This document shows, piece by piece, positions 52,664 through 60,895 of a DNA stretch of 60,895 nucleotides. The stretch's first letter is position 1; each line of letters starts with the position of its first letter. The position numbers were made by a program, and so were the translations under genes. Under the pieces are notes generated by a model. It saw only the letters and a program-made list of their open reading frames with translations, did no database searches and was not told the origin of the DNA. This DNA is from Ruminococcus sp. (lineage in GTDB: Bacteria; Bacillota; Clostridia; Oscillospirales; Acutalibacteraceae), in contig JAZSME010000070.1 in NCBI GenBank assembly GCA_045535715.1, positions 1 to 60,895 on the forward strand. Direction: 5' to 3'.

Positions 52664-55621
52664 ATGGTCTCTATGAAAGTGTCAAGAAAAATCATCTCGG
52701 TTATACTCGTCCTTCTGATGACGGTAAGCCTCAGTCTCTTCGCTCCCTTTGTTGGCGCTGAGACTACAAACCCCAACACCTCGGTGAATATTTCGGGCAA
52801 GAGCGTCTACGGCTACGCCTTTGAGGTACTCCGCCAGCTCAACGAGCTTCGTGCCTCCTTGGGACTTTCTCCCCTTAAGATGAATCCTCAGATGCTGGAG
52901 GACGCCATGCAGCGCTCAGCAGAGCTTACGGTAAAGTTCAGCCACACCCGTCCTGACGGCTCCTCTTGCTTCACCATAAACAGCGAGATTATGGGAGAAA
53001 ACATCGCCATGGGATATTCCACTCCCACCGACGTTATGCAGGGCTGGATAAATTCCCCCGGACACTACGCCAATATGGTAACATCCTACTATGACAGTGT
53101 GGGAATCGGCGCAGTAAGTCACAACGGAGTAATGTACTGGACTCAGATTTTCGGCATCAGCGACACACCTGAAGCCGAAACCCCTGACGAAATAAGCGAG
53201 AAGGATTTCTCCGTTTATCTCGGCGAAAACACCTACACCGCAAATCTCATCCTCCCCGAAAGTCTCTACGCAGGAGATCGGGCGGAAATTGAGATCCGCG
53301 GCAGAAATTCCGATGAAAATGCAAGGTTCATACTGAACAGCAAGGACTTTGAGCTTACCTCAAGCGATCCTGAGGTGCTTATTGCAACAAATGACGAGAT
53401 CATTGCCCTTTCTGAGGGAAGTGCCACCATCACCGCAAAAAGTCCCGCACTCACCTTAAGCGCACAGGTCAATGTAAAAAGCTTCTCCGAAAGCGAGGAT
53501 AACCGCTGCGGAGACAACATCACCTGGAGATACGAAGACAAGACCCTGATTTTCTCGGGTACAGGCAAGATGTATGACTACGAGACCATCTTCAAGAGTT
53601 ACGACGAAATAACCACCAACGTACCTTGGAAGAACGGCTTTTACCATGTTGAAAAGATAGTTATCGAGGAGGGCATCACCTCTGTGGGAAGCTACGCCTT
53701 CTCCTGCTTCGCCCGACTTTCCGAGGCAGAGCTTCCCTCAAGCCTTCTTGAAATCTCAGAGGGAGCCTTCGAGAGATGCACCTCACTCCCTTCAATCCAT
53801 ATTCCCGAAAAGGTGGAGACTATTGACGAAGCGGTTTTTGAAAATTGTTACAGCTTGGGCGAGGTTAATATTCCCGAGGGTGTAAAGGAAATCTCACCCT
53901 ATCTCTTCAGCTGCTGCTACGCTCTTGAAAGCGTTAAGCTTTCAGACAGCACCGAGCGCATCGGAAGCGGTGCCTTCATCTTCTGCAGCGAGCTCTCAAA
54001 GATAAACTTCCCCGAAAGCCTTAACTACATCGGAAGCGGAGCCTTCTACTGCTGTGAAAAAATCACCGAGGTCACCATCCCAAAGGGTGTCAAAGAGGTC
54101 TTCGGCGGCACATTCCGCGACTGCGACAGCCTTCAGACGGTAACCATTCATAATCCCATCCTCGATTTCGGAATAAACGAAGTCTTCCCTTCTTCAAATG
54201 AAAACCTCACCATCTACGGCTACAAGTTCAGCTCCGCAGAAGCCCATTCTTCACAGTACGGCATAAACTTTGTGCCCTTTGACTCTGCAAAGCTTTCAGC
54301 CGAAGTTTCTGACATCGAAAAAATCTATGACGGCATCACCGTTACAGAGGACCCCTTAGTTAATCTTACCTCCACCCCTGATGAGTACACAGTTATCTAC
54401 TCCAGAGGCGAGACCTTTGACTTTGATGAGTGTTTCGATAGCATAAAAGCGATTACTGAGAGATTTGTCACAAGCGGTTACTATGACGCAGACAAAACCT
54501 ACCTTACAAACAGCGGTGAATATCCTATCTCCTACTGCATTGCCGCTGAGGGCTTTGAGGTGCTCACAGGCACCATCCTTGTGAAAATCGGAAAATTCAC
54601 CCCTGAGTTCTCCTTTGAGAAGGAGGTTGTGGAGATTCCCTATCACTTCAACTACACAAACTACGCAGAAAAGAGAAACACCTTAAAGGATCTGCACCTT
54701 TTAAGGGAATACGACATCACCTACTCCTCTGATAACGAGGCTGTGGCGGCTTCCTCAGAGAGAGGCTCCGTCTCTTCCAAGGGCCTCGGCGAGTGTACCA
54801 TAACCGCCACCTTCGAAGGAGACGAAAACATAAATCCCCACAGCGCATCCTATAAGGTCATCACTTATCCTCTGGGACGCTACACCGAGGGAGACTTTGT
54901 CTTTGACTTCAAAGAGGACAGAAGCGCCACCCTTACCGACTACTACGGCTTTGACGAGGCAATTACTGTTCCCACCTCCTCTTTGGGATATGACATCGAG
55001 GAGATTTCCCACGGAGCCTTTTACAGTGCGACCTTGGGGGAGGTCACCATCCCCGAGGGTATTACTCACATCGGCACCAGCGCCTTTTCATCCTGCACAG
55101 AGCTTCAGAGCATAAGCCTTCCCGAAAGCCTCTCCACCATCGACGAATACGCCTTTAATTTCTGCAAGAGTCTTGAGGAGATCACCATCCCCCATGGGGT
55201 CAGCGCCATTATGGACAGAGCCTTTTTAGGCTGCGGACTCAAAAGCATCTACATCCCCCCTTCGGTGACATATATCGGCGAGCGCGCCTTTGGCTATGAC
55301 CTTTGGTACTACGGTGAGAACGGCGAAAAAATAGATGACTTCATCATATACGGAGTCCCCGGCTCCGAGGCTGAGAGGTACGCCCTTGAAAACGGCTTTA
55401 AGTTCATCGACCCCGACGCCCCGCTGCCCCTTTTCGCTTTGGGAGACGTTAACCGCGACGGCTCTGTGAATATCAAAGACGCCACCGCTATTCAGAAGCA
55501 CATCGCAGGACTTATCTCTCTTGACTCAGAGCAAGTAAGCCTTGCGGACTTTAACGGTGACGGCACGGTAAACATAAAGGACGCAACTCAGATTCAGAAA
55601 AAAATTGCGGGGCTTATCTGA
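52664..55621 (+). CDS. Secreted CAP/SCP domain + Ig-like + BspA-type LRR protein with C-terminal dockerin
   Basis: Signal peptide; NELR..., FSHTRPDG, GENIA and WINSPGHYAN (CAP); IG..AF..C..L..I.IP LRRs; GDVNRDGSVNIKDATAIQK / ADFNGDGTVNIKDATQIQK dockerin; start may be 52673. Confidence 0.9.
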   Translation: MVSMKVSRKIISVILVLLMTVSLSLFAPFVGAETTNPNTSVNISGKSVYGYAFEVLRQLNELRASLGLSPLKMNPQMLEDAMQRSAELTVKFSHTRPDGSSCFTINSEIMGENIAMGYSTPTDVMQGWINSPGHYANMVTSYYDSVGIGAVSHNGVMYWTQIFGISDTPEAETPDEISEKDFSVYLGENTYTANLILPESLYAGDRAEIEIRGRNSDENARFILNSKDFELTSSDPEVLIATNDEIIALSEGSATITAKSPALTLSAQVNVKSFSESEDNRCGDNITWRYEDKTLIFSGTGKMYDYETIFKSYDEITTNVPWKNGFYHVEKIVIEEGITSVGSYAFSCFARLSEAELPSSLLEISEGAFERCTSLPSIHIPEKVETIDEAVFENCYSLGEVNIPEGVKEISPYLFSCCYALESVKLSDSTERIGSGAFIFCSELSKINFPESLNYIGSGAFYCCEKITEVTIPKGVKEVFGGTFRDCDSLQTVTIHNPILDFGINEVFPSSNENLTIYGYKFSSAEAHSSQYGINFVPFDSAKLSAEVSDIEKIYDGITVTEDPLVNLTSTPDEYTVIYSRGETFDFDECFDSIKAITERFVTSGYYDADKTYLTNSGEYPISYCIAAEGFEVLTGTILVKIGKFTPEFSFEKEVVEIPYHFNYTNYAEKRNTLKDLHLLREYDITYSSDNEAVAASSERGSVSSKGLGECTITATFEGDENINPHSASYKVITYPLGRYTEGDFVFDFKEDRSATLTDYYGFDEAITVPTSSLGYDIEEISHGAFYSATLGEVTIPEGITHIGTSAFSSCTELQSISLPESLSTIDEYAFNFCKSLEEITIPHGVSAIMDRAFLGCGLKSIYIPPSVTYIGERAFGYDLWYYGENGEKIDDFIIYGVPGSEAERYALENGFKFIDPDAPLPLFALGDVNRDGSVNIKDATAIQKHIAGLISLDSEQVSLADFNGDGTVNIKDATQIQKKIAGLI

Positions 55622-55651
55622 CCCTTAGAAAAATAAAATGGAGGATTTACT

Positions 55652-57235
55652 ATGAAAAGAAAACTTCTGAGCATAGCACTTATTATGCTTATGGTTCTGG
55701 GACTCGGCTGTGTGGGAGTATCCGCTGAGGAGCTCTGCTCTCTCACAGTAAACAACGTTTCAGTTACACCCGAAAACGCAGAGGACGTCTTCGGTGACGG
55801 TACAGTAAGCTTTGACAGCAGCACCTGCACCCTCACACTCTCAGACGCTCATATCTGCAAGAAGGAAAGCGAGGACTCCCCCAAAAACGCTGTCATCAGC
55901 GCAGAGGGTATGGACCTCACCATTGTGCTCAAGGGCGAGAACACTCTCACCATGGACAATTCCGCTCTCTCATACAATAACGGCATTATTGTAGAGGAGG
56001 GCACCCTTAAGATAAAGGGCGAGGAAAACTCAAAGCTAACAATTAACACAGGCGATGCTGTGAACTCAGTCTGCGGAATATCCGTTACCGGAGCCTATAC
56101 CACCGACACGTACGGCCTTAACTTAGAGGATGCCGAGATTGCCATAAACTGCGGAAAAGCAAACACTTCCACAGGTATCTTCTGTGATGGCAGGCTTTTA
56201 GTTTCAGGCGGCAGCCTTGAGATTGAAACCGCTGAAGCCAACGATGTCAGAGGTATCTGCACAAATCCCCTCCTCTACTACACAGAAGCCCCTGAGTCTG
56301 AGTCTTTTACAGCGGGACATTCCACCTTCACAAACGGCGCCAAGGTAAATATCACCGCTGAGAAAGCAGAGCTTTCCTCTTACGGCATCAGCTCAGGCGG
56401 TGACATCACCATCGACGGTGCCAAGATTGACACAGTGGTGTCAGCAGGACACGGTGACGCAGAAGATTCAACGTCAGACAAGGTGTTCCCTGAGGGCAAA
56501 GTTTATGCTATCAGCGCTTGCGGAAATCTGATTTTCAGATCCTCTGAGGTCACAGTTTTTGCAAAAAACGGCGGCGGCAACATTGTTAACGCCTCCACCC
56601 GAGAGGATATTGACCAAGCCACAGGTGAAACAGCAAAAACCCGCGGTAACATTGAAATCCACGAGGGCGCAGATATTTACATCAAAACTGCCGACTCGGA
56701 CTACAACCGCTTCGCTATGTCCTCAAGCTACGACATCACCGTTTACGCAGGCAAGCTCACAATCGAAATGGGCGAGCTTACAGGTAACTTCCTTATTCGT
56801 CGTCTTTACGGAATGTACGCAGACCACATTGCAAAATTCAACGGCGGAATCACCACAATTTCCATTCCGGAGAGAACCGAAGAAAACGACGATTTCTCCT
56901 GTGTCAGCTCATGGCACGGCGGAATATTCATCTCAGATGATGTTGTCATCACCGGCAGAAAGGGTGAATTCTTCGGCGGTGTAGGTGCTTGCGTTCAGAT
57001 CGATCCCGAGATACCCGTTGTATTCAAGCACAAGGATCTCATCACCTTTGATCTTGGTGACGTTAACCGCGACGGCGCGATAAACGTCAAGGACGCCACC
57101 ACCATTCAGAAGGTGATCGCTTCTCTTCTCACCTTTGACCTCGAGCAAAAACACCTTGCGGACTTTAACGGTGACGGAGCGGTAAACGTCAGGGACGCCA
57201 CTGCCATCCAGAAGAAGCTGGCAGGACTTATCTAA
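55652..57235 (+). CDS. Secreted beta-helix-like (carbohydrate-binding-like) protein with C-terminal dockerin
   Basis: Signal peptide; TLTL, LTIVLKGENTL and repeated GI....L.I.G..L.I units; duplicated Ca-loop dockerin. Confidence 0.85.
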   Translation: MKRKLLSIALIMLMVLGLGCVGVSAEELCSLTVNNVSVTPENAEDVFGDGTVSFDSSTCTLTLSDAHICKKESEDSPKNAVISAEGMDLTIVLKGENTLTMDNSALSYNNGIIVEEGTLKIKGEENSKLTINTGDAVNSVCGISVTGAYTTDTYGLNLEDAEIAINCGKANTSTGIFCDGRLLVSGGSLEIETAEANDVRGICTNPLLYYTEAPESESFTAGHSTFTNGAKVNITAEKAELSSYGISSGGDITIDGAKIDTVVSAGHGDAEDSTSDKVFPEGKVYAISACGNLIFRSSEVTVFAKNGGGNIVNASTREDIDQATGETAKTRGNIEIHEGADIYIKTADSDYNRFAMSSSYDITVYAGKLTIEMGELTGNFLIRRLYGMYADHIAKFNGGITTISIPERTEENDDFSCVSSWHGGIFISDDVVITGRKGEFFGGVGACVQIDPEIPVVFKHKDLITFDLGDVNRDGAINVKDATTIQKVIASLLTFDLEQKHLADFNGDGAVNVRDATAIQKKLAGLI

Positions 57236-57271
57236 AGAGTCGCAAGTCTCGTGTTTTCAAAAAAACAGGAT

Positions 57272-57310
57272 AAAAAAATAAGAGTACACCATTTTCGGTG
57301 TACTCTTTTC
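57272..57310. terminator. Bidirectional terminator
   Basis: AAGAGTACACC/GGTGTACTCTT stem between convergent genes. Confidence 0.82.
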
Positions 57311-57342
57311 TATTTGTCTTTTGGGGGTCTCTTAAGTGTCAC

Positions 57343-58629
57343 TTAAGAAATAAGCCTGTATTCCCCGTCTCCCAAGGGCTCAACAGCGCTCTCGAAGAAA
57401 GCTTTGAGAGCCTTTACCATATACTCTGTATCATGGCTTCCTGCGGTCTCAAAGGCTGAGTGCATGGAAAGCTGAGCCAAACCGATATCCGCCGAGAGAA
57501 GAGAAAGCTGTGCGTTTGAAATATTGCCCAGAGTGGAGCCTCCGGGGATGTCGGCGCGGTTGTAGTAATACTGACAGGGAACGCCGGATCGCTCACACAT
57601 AAGCGCCACAAGGGAAGCGGACAAGCCGTCGGTGGTGTACTGCTGATTGGAGTTACACTTGATGACCACGCCGCCGTTCATTTTCACACCATGATTAGCA
57701 TCTGAAAGCTCGGGGTGGTTCGGATGCACCGCATGAGCGTTGTCGCATGAAAGCATAAACGAGGCTGCCGCCTTGTCCTCGAAGCCCTCTGTTTCCAGAG
57801 AGGAAAGTGCCTTTCTCAGAGTGTTCTCAAGGAAATCCGAGTCAGCGCCATGGCGGTTTTTGCTGCCGATCTCCTCATTGTCAAACACAGCAAGCACAGG
57901 CATTGCTTTCAGATTCTCTGCATCTGAGAAGGCTTTAAGAGAAGCAAAGACACACTGAAGGTCGTCAAGTCTCGGGCAGGAGATAAAGTCCCCGAAATCC
58001 ACACCCTTGTCTCGGTTATAAAGGAGCAGATCCCAGCTTAAAATATCCTCTTCATTTACAGAGAGAGCCTCTGCCACACGAGCCTTAAGCCCGAGCTTCT
58101 CTGAGTCCGAAAGGGAGTAAAGAGGAATCATGTCCACCGCAGGACTGAGAGTTATCCCCTCGTTTATTTTTCGGTTCATGTGAATTGCCACGTTGGGGAT
58201 TATTGCCATGGGCTCCGGGAAATTCACAAGTCGGCAGGAAACTCCCCATGAGGTTTTCACCACCACCCTGCCTGCAACGGAGAGGGCTCTGTCAAGCCAG
58301 GTGGAGTTTATCATTCCGCCGTAGCGCTCCGCAGAAAGACGCAGGTAGTATTTATCCGAAAGCTCAGAATTTTCCTTGATCACAATTGCAGGGCTGTCCG
58401 AGTGAGAAGCGGCAATCATAAAACCGCTTATCTCCCCTTTTGGCACCTTGAAAGCGAGAAGAGAGGACATATTTCTGCTGAGGAAATATCCCTTTCCCCT
58501 CTCAAGAGACCAGCCCTTCCCCTGGGAGAGCTCCTCAAATCCCGACTTTCGAAGCTCATCTTTGATATTCTCAACAGCGTGGAAGGCTGTGGGGGAACTT
58601 TCAATAAATTTAAAAAGTTCTGATGTCAT
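57343..58629 (-). CDS. M18 family aminopeptidase (aspartyl aminopeptidase-like)
   Basis: SPTAFHAV, SHSDSP, RLDDL, DNEEIGS, DNAHAVHPN, GGSTLG and SMHS; start at 58629 behind AGGTGA. Confidence 0.92.
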   Translation of the reverse strand: MTSELFKFIESSPTAFHAVENIKDELRKSGFEELSQGKGWSLERGKGYFLSRNMSSLLAFKVPKGEISGFMIAASHSDSPAIVIKENSELSDKYYLRLSAERYGGMINSTWLDRALSVAGRVVVKTSWGVSCRLVNFPEPMAIIPNVAIHMNRKINEGITLSPAVDMIPLYSLSDSEKLGLKARVAEALSVNEEDILSWDLLLYNRDKGVDFGDFISCPRLDDLQCVFASLKAFSDAENLKAMPVLAVFDNEEIGSKNRHGADSDFLENTLRKALSSLETEGFEDKAAASFMLSCDNAHAVHPNHPELSDANHGVKMNGGVVIKCNSNQQYTTDGLSASLVALMCERSGVPCQYYYNRADIPGGSTLGNISNAQLSLLSADIGLAQLSMHSAFETAGSHDTEYMVKALKAFFESAVEPLGDGEYRLIS

Positions 58630-58779
58630 AATATCACCTGATTCTGAGTATTTTTCCCGATATACCGCAAAAATAAACCTTCGGACAAAAGCTCGACGCA
58701 TAAAAAAGCCGACACAATCCGTTGTTTTTTATTTTCATTGTGGTATAATAATATGTTATAGAGCGTAAATCTTTAAAAC

Positions 58780-59187
58780 TTACTTTTTGAGGGTGTCTTC
58801 CTTTCCGCGATAGACAACAAATTTGCAGAAAAGGAATTCCAGCACGAAGTTTGAAAGCATGGTCACAATAAGTATGAGAAAATCGTTAACCCCCGCTTTC
58901 TCAGCCAGATTGCCGAGATAGGTGGAAAGGGGTGTGAAGGCAAGATAAAAGCCGAACACCTTTGCCATTGCAACGGGAACATTGGCCGCTGACTTGAAGG
59001 TGTAGCGACGATTGAGGGTGAAGTTCCAGAGGATCGACAGCACAAGGGAAATGAGATAAGGAATCCAATAGTCCTTGATGAATATCTCAAGCAGTGCAAA
59101 GGAGCCGATCTGAATCAATCCCGCGGAAATCGAAAAGAGGGTAAACTTAACCGTTTGCCAGAGTTGTTTTTTCTTATTATCCTTCAT
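58780..59187 (-). CDS. GtrA family membrane protein
   Basis: KFTLFS and WNFTLNRRYTFKS; 4 TM; start at 59187 behind GGAGG. Confidence 0.85.
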   Translation of the reverse strand: MKDNKKKQLWQTVKFTLFSISAGLIQIGSFALLEIFIKDYWIPYLISLVLSILWNFTLNRRYTFKSAANVPVAMAKVFGFYLAFTPLSTYLGNLAEKAGVNDFLILIVTMLSNFVLEFLFCKFVVYRGKEDTLKK

Positions 59188-59375
59188 TTGGAGCCTCCAA
59201 AGACATTTGTTTTTTACATCATACCACAGATTTACGGCAATATCAAAGCTATCCGAAAACTTTTTATAATATTTGTCGCCGAAAATCCTCAACATGACCC
59301 AAAATCATCGGCGCAAAGTTTCTTTAAATCAGAAGAAATCCCCTTTATCCACACGTAAAGAAAGGTGAAATCACA

Positions 59376-60137
59376 TTGAAAGAAAACAAAAAGAAGCCAT
59401 GGACCTTCAGATTCATCAAAGCCGCGGTCCGCTTTTTTTATCCGAAAACAGAGCTTGTGGGACTTGATACTCTCCCCTCGGAGCCCTGTGTCATTGTGGG
59501 CAATCACACCCAGCTCCACGGACCCGTTGCCTGCGAGCTGTTCTTTCCCGACAATTTTCACACATGGTGCGCCTCCCAGATGATGGAGCTTCGTGAGGTG
59601 CCAAAATACGCCTACACCGATTTCTGGTCTCAGAAGCCGAAGATCCTGAGACCCTTTTTTAAGCTCGTCTCCTACCTCATCGCCCCTCTGTCCGTCATTA
59701 TTTTCAACAACGCAAGGACCATTGCGGTCTACAAGGACAATCGCGTTTTAAGCACTTACCGAGAGTCCATTGCAAAGCTTAAGGAGGGACAGAGTGTTAT
59801 CATTTTCCCCGAGCATGACAAAAAGCACAACCACATCGTCTATGATTTTCAGGAGGGCTTTGTGGATGTGGCCCGACTTTACTATAAGCGCACAAAAAAG
59901 GAGCTCAGCTTCGTCCCCCTTTACATCGCCCCCGAGCTTCGAAAGATGTATCTGGGAAAGCCCGTAAAGTTCTCCTCGGAAAATGACACAAGCGAGGAGC
60001 GCCGCCGAATCTGCGATTACCTTATGAATGAAATCACCGAGATGGCAGAGAGCTTGCCCGAGCACAGAGTTGTTCCCTATCGCAACATCCCGAAGAAGCT
60101 CTACCCTAAAAACACTAACGAGGTTTCGAAGAAATGA
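59376..60137 (+). CDS. PlsC/LPLAT-like acyltransferase (atypical motif I)
   Basis: IVGNHTQLHGP, IIFPEH, F.EGF and VPLY; TTG start behind AAGGTGA. Confidence 0.75.
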   Translation: MKENKKKPWTFRFIKAAVRFFYPKTELVGLDTLPSEPCVIVGNHTQLHGPVACELFFPDNFHTWCASQMMELREVPKYAYTDFWSQKPKILRPFFKLVSYLIAPLSVIIFNNARTIAVYKDNRVLSTYRESIAKLKEGQSVIIFPEHDKKHNHIVYDFQEGFVDVARLYYKRTKKELSFVPLYIAPELRKMYLGKPVKFSSENDTSEERRRICDYLMNEITEMAESLPEHRVVPYRNIPKKLYPKNTNEVSKK

Positions 60138-60799
60138 AAAAGCCAGTTGTAGATTACCGAAATTTCCGCTTTTCAAAACTGAACACTCCCGAGTTTTCAC
60201 ATCTGCTGCTCCTGCTGGGCTGGGTGGGATATTTCATCCTCTATTTCCTGACGGAAAACCTGATACCCGCAGAGAATTGTCACGTGATACACTGCGCTCT
60301 GGACGATGTGATTCCCTTCTGCGAGTGGTTCCTGCTTCCCTATGTATTCTGGTACGCGCTGATAGTCATCTCCCTTCTCTACTTTGCGCTTTATGATACC
60401 TTAAGCTTCAGAAAGCTTCAGACCTTCATCATCATCACTCAGGTGGTGGCGATGTTTGTTTACATAGTATATCCCAACTGTCAGAATCTGAGGCCCGCAG
60501 AATTCCCGAGGGATAATCTCCTCACCGACTGCATCGGTTTCATCTATTCCTTTGATACCAACACAGGAGTCTGCCCTTCACTTCACTGTGCATATTCCAT
60601 CGGAATTGCCAGCGTCTGGCTCAAGGCAAAAGAGGTCTCAAAGCTCTGGAAAGCCTTTGTTGTGGTTTCCGTCATCCTCATCTGTCTCTCCACAATGTTC
60701 ATAAAACAGCATTCCGCGGTGGATTTCTTTGCGGCATTGCCCGTCTGTCTGCTGGCAGAGATTCTGGTATTCAAGGTGTTTTACAAGAAAAAGGCATAA
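60134..60799 (+). CDS. PAP2-superfamily membrane phosphatase/phosphotransferase
   Basis: LDDVIPF, RP, CPSLHC and STMFIKQHSAVD; multi-TM. Confidence 0.85.
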   Translation: MKKPVVDYRNFRFSKLNTPEFSHLLLLLGWVGYFILYFLTENLIPAENCHVIHCALDDVIPFCEWFLLPYVFWYALIVISLLYFALYDTLSFRKLQTFIIITQVVAMFVYIVYPNCQNLRPAEFPRDNLLTDCIGFIYSFDTNTGVCPSLHCAYSIGIASVWLKAKEVSKLWKAFVVVSVILICLSTMFIKQHSAVDFFAALPVCLLAEILVFKVFYKKKA

Positions 60800-60839
60800 G
60801 AAGAAATTAAGAAAAAAGCATAAATATACCATCAAAAAA

Positions 60840-60895
60840 TCCCCACGGGCTAAAAACTGTCCCCACGGGCTAAAAATGTCCCCACGGGCTAAAAA
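60840..60895. repeat. Tandem 17-bp direct repeat TCCCCACGGGCTAAAAA (3 copies, reaches window end)
   Basis: Copies at 60840, 60860 and 60879; periods 20 and 19 nt. Confidence 0.9.

Noticed and set aside
32320-58629. Two M18 aminopeptidases as a recent duplication flanking an island
   Set aside because: They are highly divergent subtypes that commonly coexist in clostridial genomes, and no att sites or integrase are visible.
60785-60823. 14/15-nt duplication of the PAP2 gene end as a target-site duplication
   Set aside because: A-rich low-complexity sequence with only 9 nt between copies and no element in between.
60840-60895. CRISPR array
   Set aside because: Linkers are 2-3 nt, there are no unique spacers and no cas genes are in the window.

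Overview
Chromosomal window from a spore-forming anaerobic Bacillota, probably Oscillospirales (Ruminococcus-like). This assignment is inferred from the spoIIA operon, the dockerin style and the gene content. Positions 1-36 kb are mostly housekeeping: the 3' part of a group A [FeFe]-hydrogenase, trkAH, queT with a preQ1-I riboswitch, a phosphohexomutase, spoIIAA-AB-sigF, holB-yaaT-ferredoxin-tRNA methyltransferase-rsmI-folC, proBA, pdxK, hflX, prfA-sua5-coaE-slt, an M18 aminopeptidase and an SNF2 ATPase. Interspersed are a five-gene HlyIII/GT8/GT8/acyltransferase/acyltransferase operon, three tandem paralogous lipoproteins and a zinc-finger lipoprotein. Positions 36-57 kb are accessory. They hold a TIR-DUF1292-triple zinc-ribbon fusion, then five co-oriented secreted proteins. 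Two of these are ~1,880-aa paralogues with different peptidoglycan-active heads (YkuD-like versus GH25) on a shared stalk of 16-aa CxH-x6-CxxC repeats, and two carry dockerins. The window ends with a GtrA/acyltransferase/PAP2 locus and a 17-bp tandem repeat cut by the window edge. No rRNA, tRNA, CRISPR array, transposase or integrase was recognised. All domain calls come from reading motifs by eye, not from database searches.
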